A DNA stretch of 62,945 bases, the filler included, from Hyphochytrium catenoides (Eukaryota; Protista; Hyphochytriomycota), in assembly GCA_900088475.1 (NCBI GenBank). It is 9 parts of 9 records of this genome, joined end to end, with 100 filler letters (N's around TTAATTAATTAA, not from the genome) between each part and the next. Parts side by side here need not be neighbours in the genome. Positions count along the whole stretch, not along the records: positions 23,919 to 29,764 come from FLMG01004607.1; positions 29,865 to 32,337 come from FLMG01000313.1; positions 32,438 to 51,676 come from FLMG01002005.1; 6 more parts are not named here. One strand, 5' to 3'. The notes beneath the pieces are model-generated. The model did no database searches. It was not told the DNA's origin and saw only the letters and a list, made by a program, of their open reading frames with translations. This document shows, piece after piece, positions 26,158 through 36,456 of the stretch (position 1 is its first letter; each line of letters starts with the position of its first letter). The position numbers were made by a program, and so were the translations under genes.

Positions 26158-28445
26158 TTAGCAGGGTTGGACCCTCACTTCTTTCGCCACCACCTTCGCT
26201 AGCAACTTTGAGCTTCTCCCGTGAGAGCTCACTGCTACCGCTGCACTAGCACCTGGCTGTTGGAGCGACGGAGGAGAGGTAGACGAAGAATCTGAGCCTC
26301 CTCTCCCTAGGAATATCGTTCCGCCCTCTGACTTGACCAGAAAACGGTTGAACGGGTCCAACATCATCTTGTACACCTCTTCCTCGCTTGTCTGGAACAC
26401 CGACGTGTCAGGAAACCTGCCGTCGGCGCATTGAGGACTCTGGCACGCCTCTTTTACTGCGCGAAGCAGCTTTTTTCGTATGTTATAGCTTATATTCACT
26501 TCGTAGGCAGAGCGCTCTTCAACAAAGAAGGAACAGAGGGATCGGATGGCTTCCACGCCTCCTCGTGTCTCTGCCTGGTTGGTTCTGATATAGTCCAGCC
26601 TGTCTAGGAAAAGAATATTCTCCACACAATATTCTAGAGCCAAATAGTGCTTGAAGTTCTCGCGGATGCCAATCTCTCTCTCTTTCTCTCCTTCAGCGGT
26701 AGGAGCAAGAGTGAGCATGAAAGGAGAGGCGAGGGCCGCTTTTAGTTCTTGACAGTTGTGGACTTTCTTCACTCCAACACCATCTTTACTTCTGGCAGTT
26801 GCGAGGCCGCCAGAACCAGTGGAGCTGAATGACAGACCTGACTTGTGCTGGACCCGAGAAGGAAGGGATTAGCACAAGAGAAATAAGCACATAGAGCTAG
26901 AGGAGTTGAGAGGTGCAAATAGACAGGTAAAGAAGATAGGGCTGAAGGCAGGCCATATAACGTATTGAGTCTGAACAAAAGAGAAGCGGGAGAGAGAGAA
27001 GGATGAGAGCGACAGACAACCATGGCAGCGAGGCACAGAGCAAAGAGAGAAGTAAAGGAATAATGGCAAAGCCAATCATGGTCAGAGCTCATTACCCTGG
27101 TCTGCTTCGCTGCTTTTACGAGCTGATAAATCCAGACATAGAGATAAGTGCCAGAGAAGAAAGAGACAGCCCAGATGAGCTGACAGGCCCAAGTCAGATT
27201 GTTGAAGATGTCAGCGTCGGTCCCCGGGCGTAGCGCCGCTCCAGAACTGCTTAAGCCAGTAAGGGAACTCCAAGAAGAGAAAGAATCGGGCATTGAGTTG
27301 TCCCAAGCGGTGTTGCAGCGGGCGACAGGGGAAAGCTTCCTTGACATCCTTGGCCAGGAAAGCTATACGTTTCTGCAAGTGCACGACAAGCATTCCGCAC
27401 ACCACCTTGAAAACGAACTACAATCCATTGGTTAGCTGAAGGAGAGGAGAAGAGGATGTGAGAGGAGAAATGATGGTGAGATAGCTAACAAGATAAGGTG
27501 CTTAAGAGCACGCAGTCAACCAAGACATGCTTGTGACGGGATCTATGGCAGCAGAAGGAGATGGGGGACCGGTGGAGGACAATAAGGTATGGCAAACTCT
27601 ATGATGGCAAACTTTCTGCCGCAGGAAGTAGTCCTGGCACTGAGAGTCATTGTTGGTAGAAGAAGACCATCAGGAAGGAGAGCTACTAGGGATGGACGCA
27701 GCAACGTAACAATACAGAGTCAGCGTCTACCGGTGTAGAGAGCTAAAAAGACGGGAAAAGGATAAAGAAGTCGTTGATGGCAAAGATGATAAAGCTCTAG
27801 GAGAGAGGCAGCCAGGATGTTTGTTGGTGATCAGCAGCGCTCAACTGTTACCTGCGTGGTGGTGAGAGAGGTACACCTCAGTTGCCACATGGGAAGCAGC
27901 AGATCCTCGTACTGGTCACAGCCAAAGATCCGGGACATAGCGACACCGGACGAGAGAGAGAACACCAAGAGAGTGATGAACGCCTCCACTTTTATCCCGC
28001 GCTGAAGGTCTTTATGCCGCACGAACCAGTTGTCCATATCACCCAGCGCCATGTAGTGCTGACAGTTGTTCCGCAGGTAGATCCTTAACGTCCCAGCGGT
28101 CCCTGTCACCGCGAAGGGAAAGTAAGGGAAGGTGCAGAAGTAGATGTGCAGCCAACAGGGAATGTTAGGGAACAGGATGGCGTGCGTGTAGGCTAGACCC
28201 ACGAGGATGTGAGACAGAGTGGCAGAGACTAGCAGGGGATAGTTCTCTAGAGATATGGGAAAGGCGTGTCTATATTTGGTGACACAGAAGGCAAGGTAGA
28301 GCGCGGCGGCAGTGATGGAGAACTTGTGCAGGAGAGCGAGGTAGAAGGCCCAATTGTCGTCTAACGGCGACGGCCAGTTTGAGAGAAAGGCTTGTGGACG
28401 GCCGTCCGGGACCGGGTTAGGCGAAGTCACGTTGGGGATCGCCAT
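26158..28445 (-). pseudogene. 7TM-RGS (membrane receptor-like region plus C-terminal RGS domain), apparently disabled in the TM exons
   Basis: About seven hydrophobic segments including IPCWLHIY...LRIY and the loop KDVKEAF. RGS domain FKHYLALEYCVENILFL...AYEVNIS...EEEVYKMMLDPFNRFL. In-frame TAG at 27418-27420, stop or frameshift near 27743-27755, frame change near 27230. Could instead be base errors or a wrong exon model. Confidence 0.7.
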
Positions 28446-28962
28446 GGTCGGTAGGGAGTTTGAATAGGAAAGGGCGTCACGAGAGAGGGAGAGGCAAAGC
28501 GCAGTGAAGAAGGAGGGACAATCAAACGGAGCGCGAAGAGAGGAGCAACCAGTATGAAGGCAAAGAGAGACTGGATCAGCGCTTGCTATAGCTGTTGATT
28601 GAGAGGGAAGACACCGGGAGGAGCTGATCTTCTGCGGAAGGTAGCGCGGAGAAAGAAGGATGCCGCATCGATCTAGAGAGATAATGACTAGAGACAAGAC
28701 GGAATAGAGGAACTAGTATCTATCAGTAGATGGCGAACAAGGAAGCGAGCGAGGCTTAATCCTCTTGATTAAAGAAGAGGAGGATAGACTCGAAGTCAGG
28801 GGCAGTGCGGTTGTCTCGTCTCCTCCTCCCTCTTGCGGCAAATCTACTGTGCTTCTGAAGTCACAGAAGCAGCGCAGCTGCCGTAGAAACAGGTGATAAG
28901 AGACGAAAGTAGAGACCCCATCAACAGAGAAGGGAAAAAGGAAGAAGAGAGAGAGAGCGAAC

Positions 28963-28995
<33 letters not shown>

Positions 28996-30080
28996 TGAGA
29001 GGAAAACGATAGCCCAAGCAGTAGGGCAGCAGGAAAAAAGAGAAAAGGTTAGGAATGGATTCACCAAGGGCGCCATGTGGCGACAGCAAGAACCCTTCTT
29101 GCCCTTGCCTTACTATTTGCAGGACACTTCTTCCTCAGTCACCCGTCCTTGTTATAAGACTAGGAGGAGCGCATGACGGAGAGAGAGAGAGAGACCAACC
29201 TAGTCATGGGCCAGAAGATGGGATAAGCGGCTTTCTTTAGGAGGGACAGACAACAGGAGAGGGAGACAGGAGCATGGGGAGAGGCCAGATGGGCGGTTTA
29301 TGGGAAAGGGGAGAGAAATGAGAGAGAGAGAGGAGAGAGAGAGAGACAGAGAAACAAAGGGAGAGGAAACCGGGAGAGACAGAGATAAGAGAGACACCAT
29401 AGCGGTAAGGGCGGGAGGTGAGCGGGGTCATCAAGAGAGATGGAACGAGTTTGGAGATGCAGAGAGCAAGAGGAGGAGCACAAGAAGAGAAAGAGGAGGA
29501 AACGGAAACGCAAGTCACACTCGAGGGACATCTCGATGTCTGGTCTCTTCTCTTCTGCTGCCGTCATCCTCCTCCTCTGACTGTATCACAGGTCCGTCTT
29601 GAGAAGAGTGGCCATAGGTTCACTCGCCTGACTCTAGAAAACCGTCCTCTCCCGCTCTCCTCTTCTCTGGTCATCCTTTGGAGGCGCTTTCTTCCCTCTT
29701 CTTCTTTTCACTCTCCACTGTCTTTCTGCTCCCCTCTAACTTTTACAAGTAAAACCCCCCACTTNNNNNNNNNNNNNNNNNNNNNNNNNNNNNNNNNNNN
29801 NNNNNNNNTTAATTAATTAANNNNNNNNNNNNNNNNNNNNNNNNNNNNNNNNNNNNNNNNNNNNGAGAAAGAGAGAGAGAGAAAGAGAGAGAGAAGAGAA
29901 AAATAAGAAAGAAAGAAAGAGAAAGAGAGATGAACAGCAAAAGAAGAGGCCGGCGCAAGCTGACCAGGAGAAAATGTAGAGAAATGAGACATAGACGCCG
30001 AGATTGATGAAGGGGAAGAGAGAGGGGAAAATATAGATGGAGTGCGATCGGGTGAGAGAGAGAGAGAATGTGACGTCGAC

Positions 30081-30165
30081 CTAGTCCGTGATGATAGTGC
30101 ATTCCTAGGCAATATAAAGCTTGTGGGTCACCTAACTTTCCTGATTGTTTGAACCATCCCAGGGC

Positions 30166-30200
<35 letters not shown>

Positions 30201-31260
30201 NNNNNNNNNNNNNNNNNNNNNNNNNNNNNNNNNNNNNNNNNNNNNNNNNNNNNNNAGAGAGAGAGAAGGAGAGAGAGAGAGAGAGAGAGGAAGGAGTAGA
30301 ATACAGAGAGACAAATGTGTGCCTAGTGAATGATGATTGTTACAAGATAGAGAGAGAGAGACACACATTATGGAGGAAAAGACAGAGAAGGCTTACGAGA
30401 GCATAGTGAACGTCTAGCACGTTAAGAGAGGGAGAGCCGAAGAACCTTGGAAGAGAGAACTGGAACAGGAAAGAGCGAGTGACCGAGAGAGAGAGAGACA
30501 GAGACGAGAGAGAGCATAAGTGAGAGGAAGAGACACAGAGAAGGAGAGAGAGAAAGCGACAGAGAGAGAGAGAGAAAGCGACAGGGAGAGAGAGCGAGAA
30601 ATAAAGGACAACAAGAACATAAAAGTGACAAGCGTTTTACTTTTTGGTCATCCTTCGTCACTCCCAAGCCCTTCTCATGCATAGCGCCCAGGCTGTACAT
30701 AGCGCCACGATGTCCCTAAAGGAGCTCCAACGTTAGAAAGAGAAACTGCGCGAAGAGGGAAAGAAAGAGAAAGGTAAATGGACCCAGAGTGAGAGAGAGA
30801 GAGAGAGAGAGAGGGAGGGAAGGAAAAGAGAACATGTTACCAGGGGGAAGAGATAAGAAATAAGAGACACTCGAGAGAGAGAGGGCCGCTTGAGGGGAAA
30901 GAGAGAACCCATGCCTAGAAGAGATGAAAAAGAGAAAGAGAGAGAAGGAGTGACAGGATGAGGCGGCCCAAGAACCAAGAACCAAGGTAAGAGGAAGACC
31001 AAACAAGGGAGAAAATAGAGAGACAGGAAGTTGGAGAGAGAAAGAGAGACCATGAACCTGCTGCGCACACTTTTCGAAAAGTTCCTTAGCTCTGGCGTGT
31101 TGGCCACTCTGACTGCACTGGAGCCCTTGCTCGAACCACTGCGACGCAAGCTTTCTCTCTCCCTCGTCCTGGCGTCCTCTCCCTCTCTCTCTCTCTCCGA
31201 TTGAGCTCAGGCCACTGATGGAACTGACAAGGCTTGTCGCCGAAGGGCGTCTAATAGCGT
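30081..31260 (-). CDS. Sel1-like repeat protein, partial (exons include about 31260-31058, 30715-30641, 30131-30081)
   Basis: ARAKELFEKCAQQ|GHRGAMYSLGAMHEKGLGVTKDDQK and GDPQALYCLGMHYHHGL match the Sel1 consensus. Confidence 0.8.
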
Positions 31261-31676
31261 GGAAGCCGTAGAAAGGAGAAAGCGTGGGCACATTAGGTTA
31301 GATATGTAAACAGGGGAGAGAGAGGCCGCCTCGGACGGCGGGAAAAAGAGAGAGAGAAAGAGCCGTAGAGCAAAGGAGGGGAAAGAGAGGGAGAAAGAGG
31401 GAGAGAGAGAAAAAGAGGGAGAGAGAAAGAGAGAGAGAGAGTAGAGAGTAGAGACCCACCTAAGACACCTTAAGCGATAGACATAGGGAGATAAGACTAA
31501 TAAGAGTTGAAAAGAGAGTGCAAACGATAAGAAGCAAAGAAAGAAGTCGAAAAGAAAGAAAAGAGTGATCAAATGATCGAGGAGAGAGAGAAAAAGAGCC
31601 GAGAGAGAAGGAATAGACTAGCGACGGAGAGAGAGGACGAGAGAGAGAGAGAAGAGAGAGAGAGAGAAGAGAGTGT

Positions 31677-31717
<41 letters not shown>

Positions 31718-32857
31718 AGAGAGAGAAAGAGTTCGGTGCAGTTGGATCAGGACCTTGCTGCTTTGCTAGGAGAAGTGTTCGCATCCTCTCTTCCTCCGGT
31801 CACCTCCGCGCTCCGGATGCTGTTTGCCTCTTCTGTGAATGAAGGCGGAGCTCCCTTCCTCTTCGTGGGCGAGAAAGACATCTTTTGCCTTCTTCTCTCT
31901 GTCTCTTTCTCTTTCTCTGCTTCCTCCCTCTTGATGAAAGGAGATTTGGCTGTCTAGCTTATTCTCTCCTTCCTCTCTCACCAATCTTCCCTCTCTCCTT
32001 GGTCTCTTTCTGTCTCTCTTTCTCTCTTGATGTTCAACTGTATCTGGTCCTGTTAGTGTATATAGTGGAGTCAGGAGAGGGATCAGAGAAGAGAAAGAGG
32101 CTTCTAATAGACTTTCGACGTAGCGAAAAGACGGTAGTCCCAGAAAGCGTTGATAGGGAAACGAGAACGTGATCAAGAGGAAAAGAGCGAGCGGGAGAGA
32201 GAGAGAGAAAGAGACACAGATAGATAGGTTGAATGGCAACCTCCTCCTGCAAGAAAGATGAGAGGAAGTAGGCCAGCCATCAGCCATCAAGTGAAAAGGG
32301 TGGTAAGACTCTCAGAAGTGCAGCATGAGAGGAGGAGNNNNNNNNNNNNNNNNNNNNNNNNNNNNNNNNNNNNNNNNNNNNTTAATTAATTAANNNNNNN
32401 NNNNNNNNNNNNNNNNNNNNNNNNNNNNNNNNNNNNNCTCTCTCACTCTCTCTCTCTCTCTCTCCCCCGTCCCCCCCTTCTCTTTCTCTCGCCCGCTCGC
32501 TCGCTCTCTAATTCTCTCTTTCTCACGCTCACTCTCGCGCTCTCTCTCTCTCGCTCGCTCGCTCTCTCTCTCCCATATGCACATGAATCTCTCTCTTTTT
32601 CTCGCTCTCCTCGCTCTCGTTCACTCTTTCAGTCTCTCTCTCTGTCTCTCCTTATACAAAAGCCTTTCTCTTCTCTCTCTCTCTCTGCCTTTGTCTCTTT
32701 TCTTTGTTCAGCTGGTGCATGCGCTGGCTCTGATGATGTTGCCTGACTGGTCTTTATCACTTGGAGACTCCTCCAATCATCGGACCGATGAGCTAATGCA
32801 CTTCTGCGGTCGTGAAGGTGAGGCCATCCCTTGACGACGGCTCTTGGGACTTGAGAA

Positions 32858-32906
<49 letters not shown>

Positions 32907-32929
32907 NNNNNNNNNNNNNNNNNNNNNNN

Positions 32930-32978
<49 letters not shown>

Positions 32979-33551
32979 TCTCTCTCTGTCTTCATGGGTT
33001 CCTCATCTCACCACCGACAAATCCATCCTCCATGGACAGTTTGGCTGCTTGATCTTATGCCTCCGGCTTTGCTCCTTTCCCAAGCTCCACATTCTGTCTC
33101 CTTTAGGCTTCCTCCTGATCTTCTCCAGTAACCGGGGGTGGGGGGAAGGTCTCCCTTCTCTTGCTCCCTCTCTCTCTCTTCTCTCTCTCTCTCTCTATGT
33201 AACGCATCTGGAGGATCCTTTTCCTCTTGGTTCCGTCCTTGCTGACGCTTGGCCGTAAAGCCCCTTTCTTCTTATGACAAGAAGAGAGAGAGAGACAAGA
33301 AGAGAGAGAGAGACAAAAAGAGAGAGAGAGAAAGAGAGAGAGTGAAGGAAGAAAGGACGAAGAGAAGCGGCAAGAAGAAGAGATTCATTTAAAGAGGAAG
33401 ACAAAAGAGACAGGGGAGAGAGATAATCTTTCCCTCCTCGTCACGCCTCCCTCTGCTCCATAAAAATAAACTCTTCGCTTACAAAAAAGTGATAACCCGC
33501 CGGCCTTGTTAGACGCTGGGCGTCCCTGTTGGCAGGACACCAAGAGAACTC

Positions 33552-33600
<49 letters not shown>

Positions 33601-34046
33601 TTCTGTCTCTCTCTGTCTCTCTCTCTCGCTCTCTCTCTCGCTCTCTCTCTCTCTTTCTTGGCATAGCTCTTCCCAATTTCTCTCCCTCCTAAGTTTCATT
33701 GATCGTGTTTCTTTCTCCTCTCTTCCGTTGCCGTCACTCACTATTCCCTCCCGGCGCGCTCTCTCCTTTTTTCCTTCTGTCTTCCTGGTGGCACATCCGC
33801 TGCGGCAAAGTCCTGCTGCGTGCTTCTGCGGCCCTCAGTGTTTCACCATCTGTTTCTAGCAGTCTCTCTTCTGTCTCTCGTCATCTGCTTTTCCTTTCGT
33901 TTTCTGCGTAGCACTTGCCTGTTGGTGCCTGTCCTTGTTGACTCTGTTGGACGGTTGACCGCAGTCGGCACTTGGAAGAAAGAAGCAAAGAAAGAGAGAG
34001 AGACCCAAAAGTAGTAAAGAAAGACCAGAGCCAAAAAGGGAAGACG

Positions 34047-35540
34047 ATGGCGTCACAGGCCAAGCCACAAGGTGCAGAGAGCCTCCCAGTGACTCACTTC
34101 ATTAACAAGCAGCTGCTCCACACCGACGTCTGGTACCGCTTCCAGTATGTCTCAGACTTTGTAGGCTTCACGAAGGAAGATTCAAAGTGCTTGATAGATA
34201 ATCTCTCTACCCTGGATTCTGTTATGAAGCCCGTGCTCGACCTTGTCTATCACAGGCTCTTCAGCTACGATGTGACCAGAGCTGTCTTTGTTGATCATCG
34301 CAATAGAATGGAGAAGAGAGGCTCTCAACAGCCGCAAGGAGGGCAGCAGCAGCAGCAGGATGACCTGTCAGCAGCAGCGGACGAGAACAGCAGCAGCAAT
34401 GAGTTTAGAGACGACGATCTGCAGCTGCGGAAAGACTTTCTGAAGACGTACTTTGTCAAGATTATCACGGGAGACATCGATCAGAGACTTGTCTACTTTA
34501 TGGACTGGATAGGGAGGCTGCATACTCCTGCTGGGATGGGAGGAAGACGGAAGAATAACGTTCCTGTCGAGTATATCCATATCAACGCGCTCTTTGGCTA
34601 CCTCCACGCCATCCTGACTGAGCACATCATGCTGGCCCCAGAGATGCAGGACAAGCCAGAGGAGATGCGGAAGGTTGTCTCTGCGCTGACGAAGATCCTG
34701 TGGATCCAGAACGATCTCTTCGCCAGACACTATGCCAAAGAAGAAGAAGAGTATCAAGAGCACGAGACGACCACGGCAGAGCTTTATCAAACTCTTAAGG
34801 ACAAAGGTGAGGTCCGAGAAGCTTTCACAGCGTACGTAGAGAAGCAACATTGCGCCGAGACCATGCGATACATAGAGCTCGTGCTCAAGTTTGACCTTGA
34901 GCAAAGTCCAGAGGGCCGTTCGAGCCTCAGCCGGCAGATAGTGCAGCAGCACGTACAGCAGGGTTCTCCGAACGAGGTGAACATCAGCTCTAAGATGCGG
35001 ATGCAGATGTTGCAGACAGTAGAGAAGGCTGGAGACCGTAGTGACTGCTGGAGGCCGTGCACAGAGGAAGTGTTGAACCTTCTTCTCCCTTCTTATCTGC
35101 AGTTTTTAAAGCACTTCAGTAGTGCTGGCCTCTCCTGTCCGATAGGAAAGAGAGGAAGCGAGAACCTGCGCAGAGGCTCAGCATCATCCTCGGTATCTCC
35201 GCCTCCTCTTCCCGACGCTGGCAGCCACCAACAACAACAGGCGACTGCCAATGTTGCTGGAGGAAGAGGAGCTGCTGCAACGTCATGTCCAGCAGCTAAT
35301 GATCACGTTGGCAGGAAAAGGAGTTCTACCAGGCCCGCACCCTTTACGGGCCTGCTAGGCAGGTGGAAGAACTCAACCTCCGAATGGCTGTCAAGCTTGA
35401 GCATCGGGGCGAGGAGAAAGAAGGTCTACAACGAAGGATCACATCAGACAGCCGGACCGTCACGCTGGCAGGGCGTGGCAGCGGAGTCTACCAGCAGGCC
35501 CTCAGACACAGCGGCAGGACCTCCGCTGTTCTCTGCGTAG
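34047..35540 (+). CDS. Intronless 497-aa protoglobin (sensor-globin)-RGS fusion protein
   Basis: Globin about 34090-34733: YRFQYVSDFVGFTKED, VYHRLFSYDVT, RKDFLKTY, MDWIGRLHT, VEYIHINALFGY, KILWIQNDLFARHY. RGS about 34779-35114: FTAYVEKQHCAETMRYI...SPNEVNIS...EEVLNLLLPSYLQFL. First in-frame ATG is 34047. Confidence 0.88.
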   Translation: MASQAKPQGAESLPVTHFINKQLLHTDVWYRFQYVSDFVGFTKEDSKCLIDNLSTLDSVMKPVLDLVYHRLFSYDVTRAVFVDHRNRMEKRGSQQPQGGQQQQQDDLSAAADENSSSNEFRDDDLQLRKDFLKTYFVKIITGDIDQRLVYFMDWIGRLHTPAGMGGRRKNNVPVEYIHINALFGYLHAILTEHIMLAPEMQDKPEEMRKVVSALTKILWIQNDLFARHYAKEEEEYQEHETTTAELYQTLKDKGEVREAFTAYVEKQHCAETMRYIELVLKFDLEQSPEGRSSLSRQIVQQHVQQGSPNEVNISSKMRMQMLQTVEKAGDRSDCWRPCTEEVLNLLLPSYLQFLKHFSSAGLSCPIGKRGSENLRRGSASSSVSPPPLPDAGSHQQQQATANVAGGRGAAATSCPAANDHVGRKRSSTRPAPFTGLLGRWKNSTSEWLSSLSIGARRKKVYNEGSHQTAGPSRWQGVAAESTSRPSDTAAGPPLFSA

Positions 35541-36401
35541 TAAAAGAGTGCTTTGCTCGACTCCTCCTCCTTGTTTAACCTGCTTGGTCCCTTGCTCCCG
35601 CATTAGCAGCAAAAGCATTTGGCGCCAATGCTGCTGCTAGCTCTACTGCCTGACTGCTCTTACTAATCTACGATCAGGAGCAGCAGCAAGAGTCGGAGAA
35701 GTCCCAATGATGAAAGCTTGAGAGCGGGGACAGGCTTGAGGCTTGCAGGGAGCTGCACGTGCATGCTCCACATCTAATTGTCACACAGGCAACAAAAATT
35801 GCCATGCAGCCAGAGGAAATAATATTGAGAGCAGTGGGCGTCGTAGTACCAAGATGAGCCCGGTCGTCCTGTTAATCCTTGTAGAATCAACGCAAGCTTA
35901 CTCCTTATTAACTGCAGGTCGTCCGGCCACCATCTACATATAGTCCTGCCTGCCCACTCTTCTGTGTTAGTGTTGCCACCTTTACGGGCTGATCATCCCC
36001 GCTCTCTCCTCCATTGCCCTCTTCTGCTGCTGTTGCTACAGCCTTCTGCTGTCCCACACTGTTCGGCGGCGGCGGGGCCATGCTGCTGCAGTGCTCTGGC
36101 CCGCCTGCTACCTCTTCTCTTCCCGTTAACCTCCCATGATATCTCTTCTTTCTTGCCTTTGTCTTCTTCCGGCTGCTGCTCCGCATTTTCCTCTTTTCCC
36201 CTCTCACAAGTTCAAGAAGACCGCTCTTCCTCTCGATCCCACCCTGCTGCCGGCGGCAATTCTGATGATTGTCCCGTCGTTGGAGAAGAGGTTCACGAAA
36301 GAAGGCTACGGGAGAGGGAAAGTGCTTGGGGTGGTCTGACTCTCTACTTCTTCTTAGGCTGGCGATGCTTTTCTTCTTTCTCATTCAATCTCTATAGCTC
36401 T

Positions 36402-36456
<55 letters not shown>

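Noticed and set aside
27418-27420. TAG reassigned to a sense codon (alternative genetic code)
   Set aside because: Paralogue B ends IAAQP-TAG where A ends IAAQP-TAA, and long Gln-rich exons contain no in-frame TAG.
33972-34046. ORF-track N-terminal extension of the globin-RGS protein
   Set aside because: Begins at TTG in AG-rich sequence; the first ATG is 34047.
26158-35540. 7TM-RGS and globin-RGS as a physical gene cluster
   Set aside because: Two artificial linkers lie between them, so linkage is not demonstrated.
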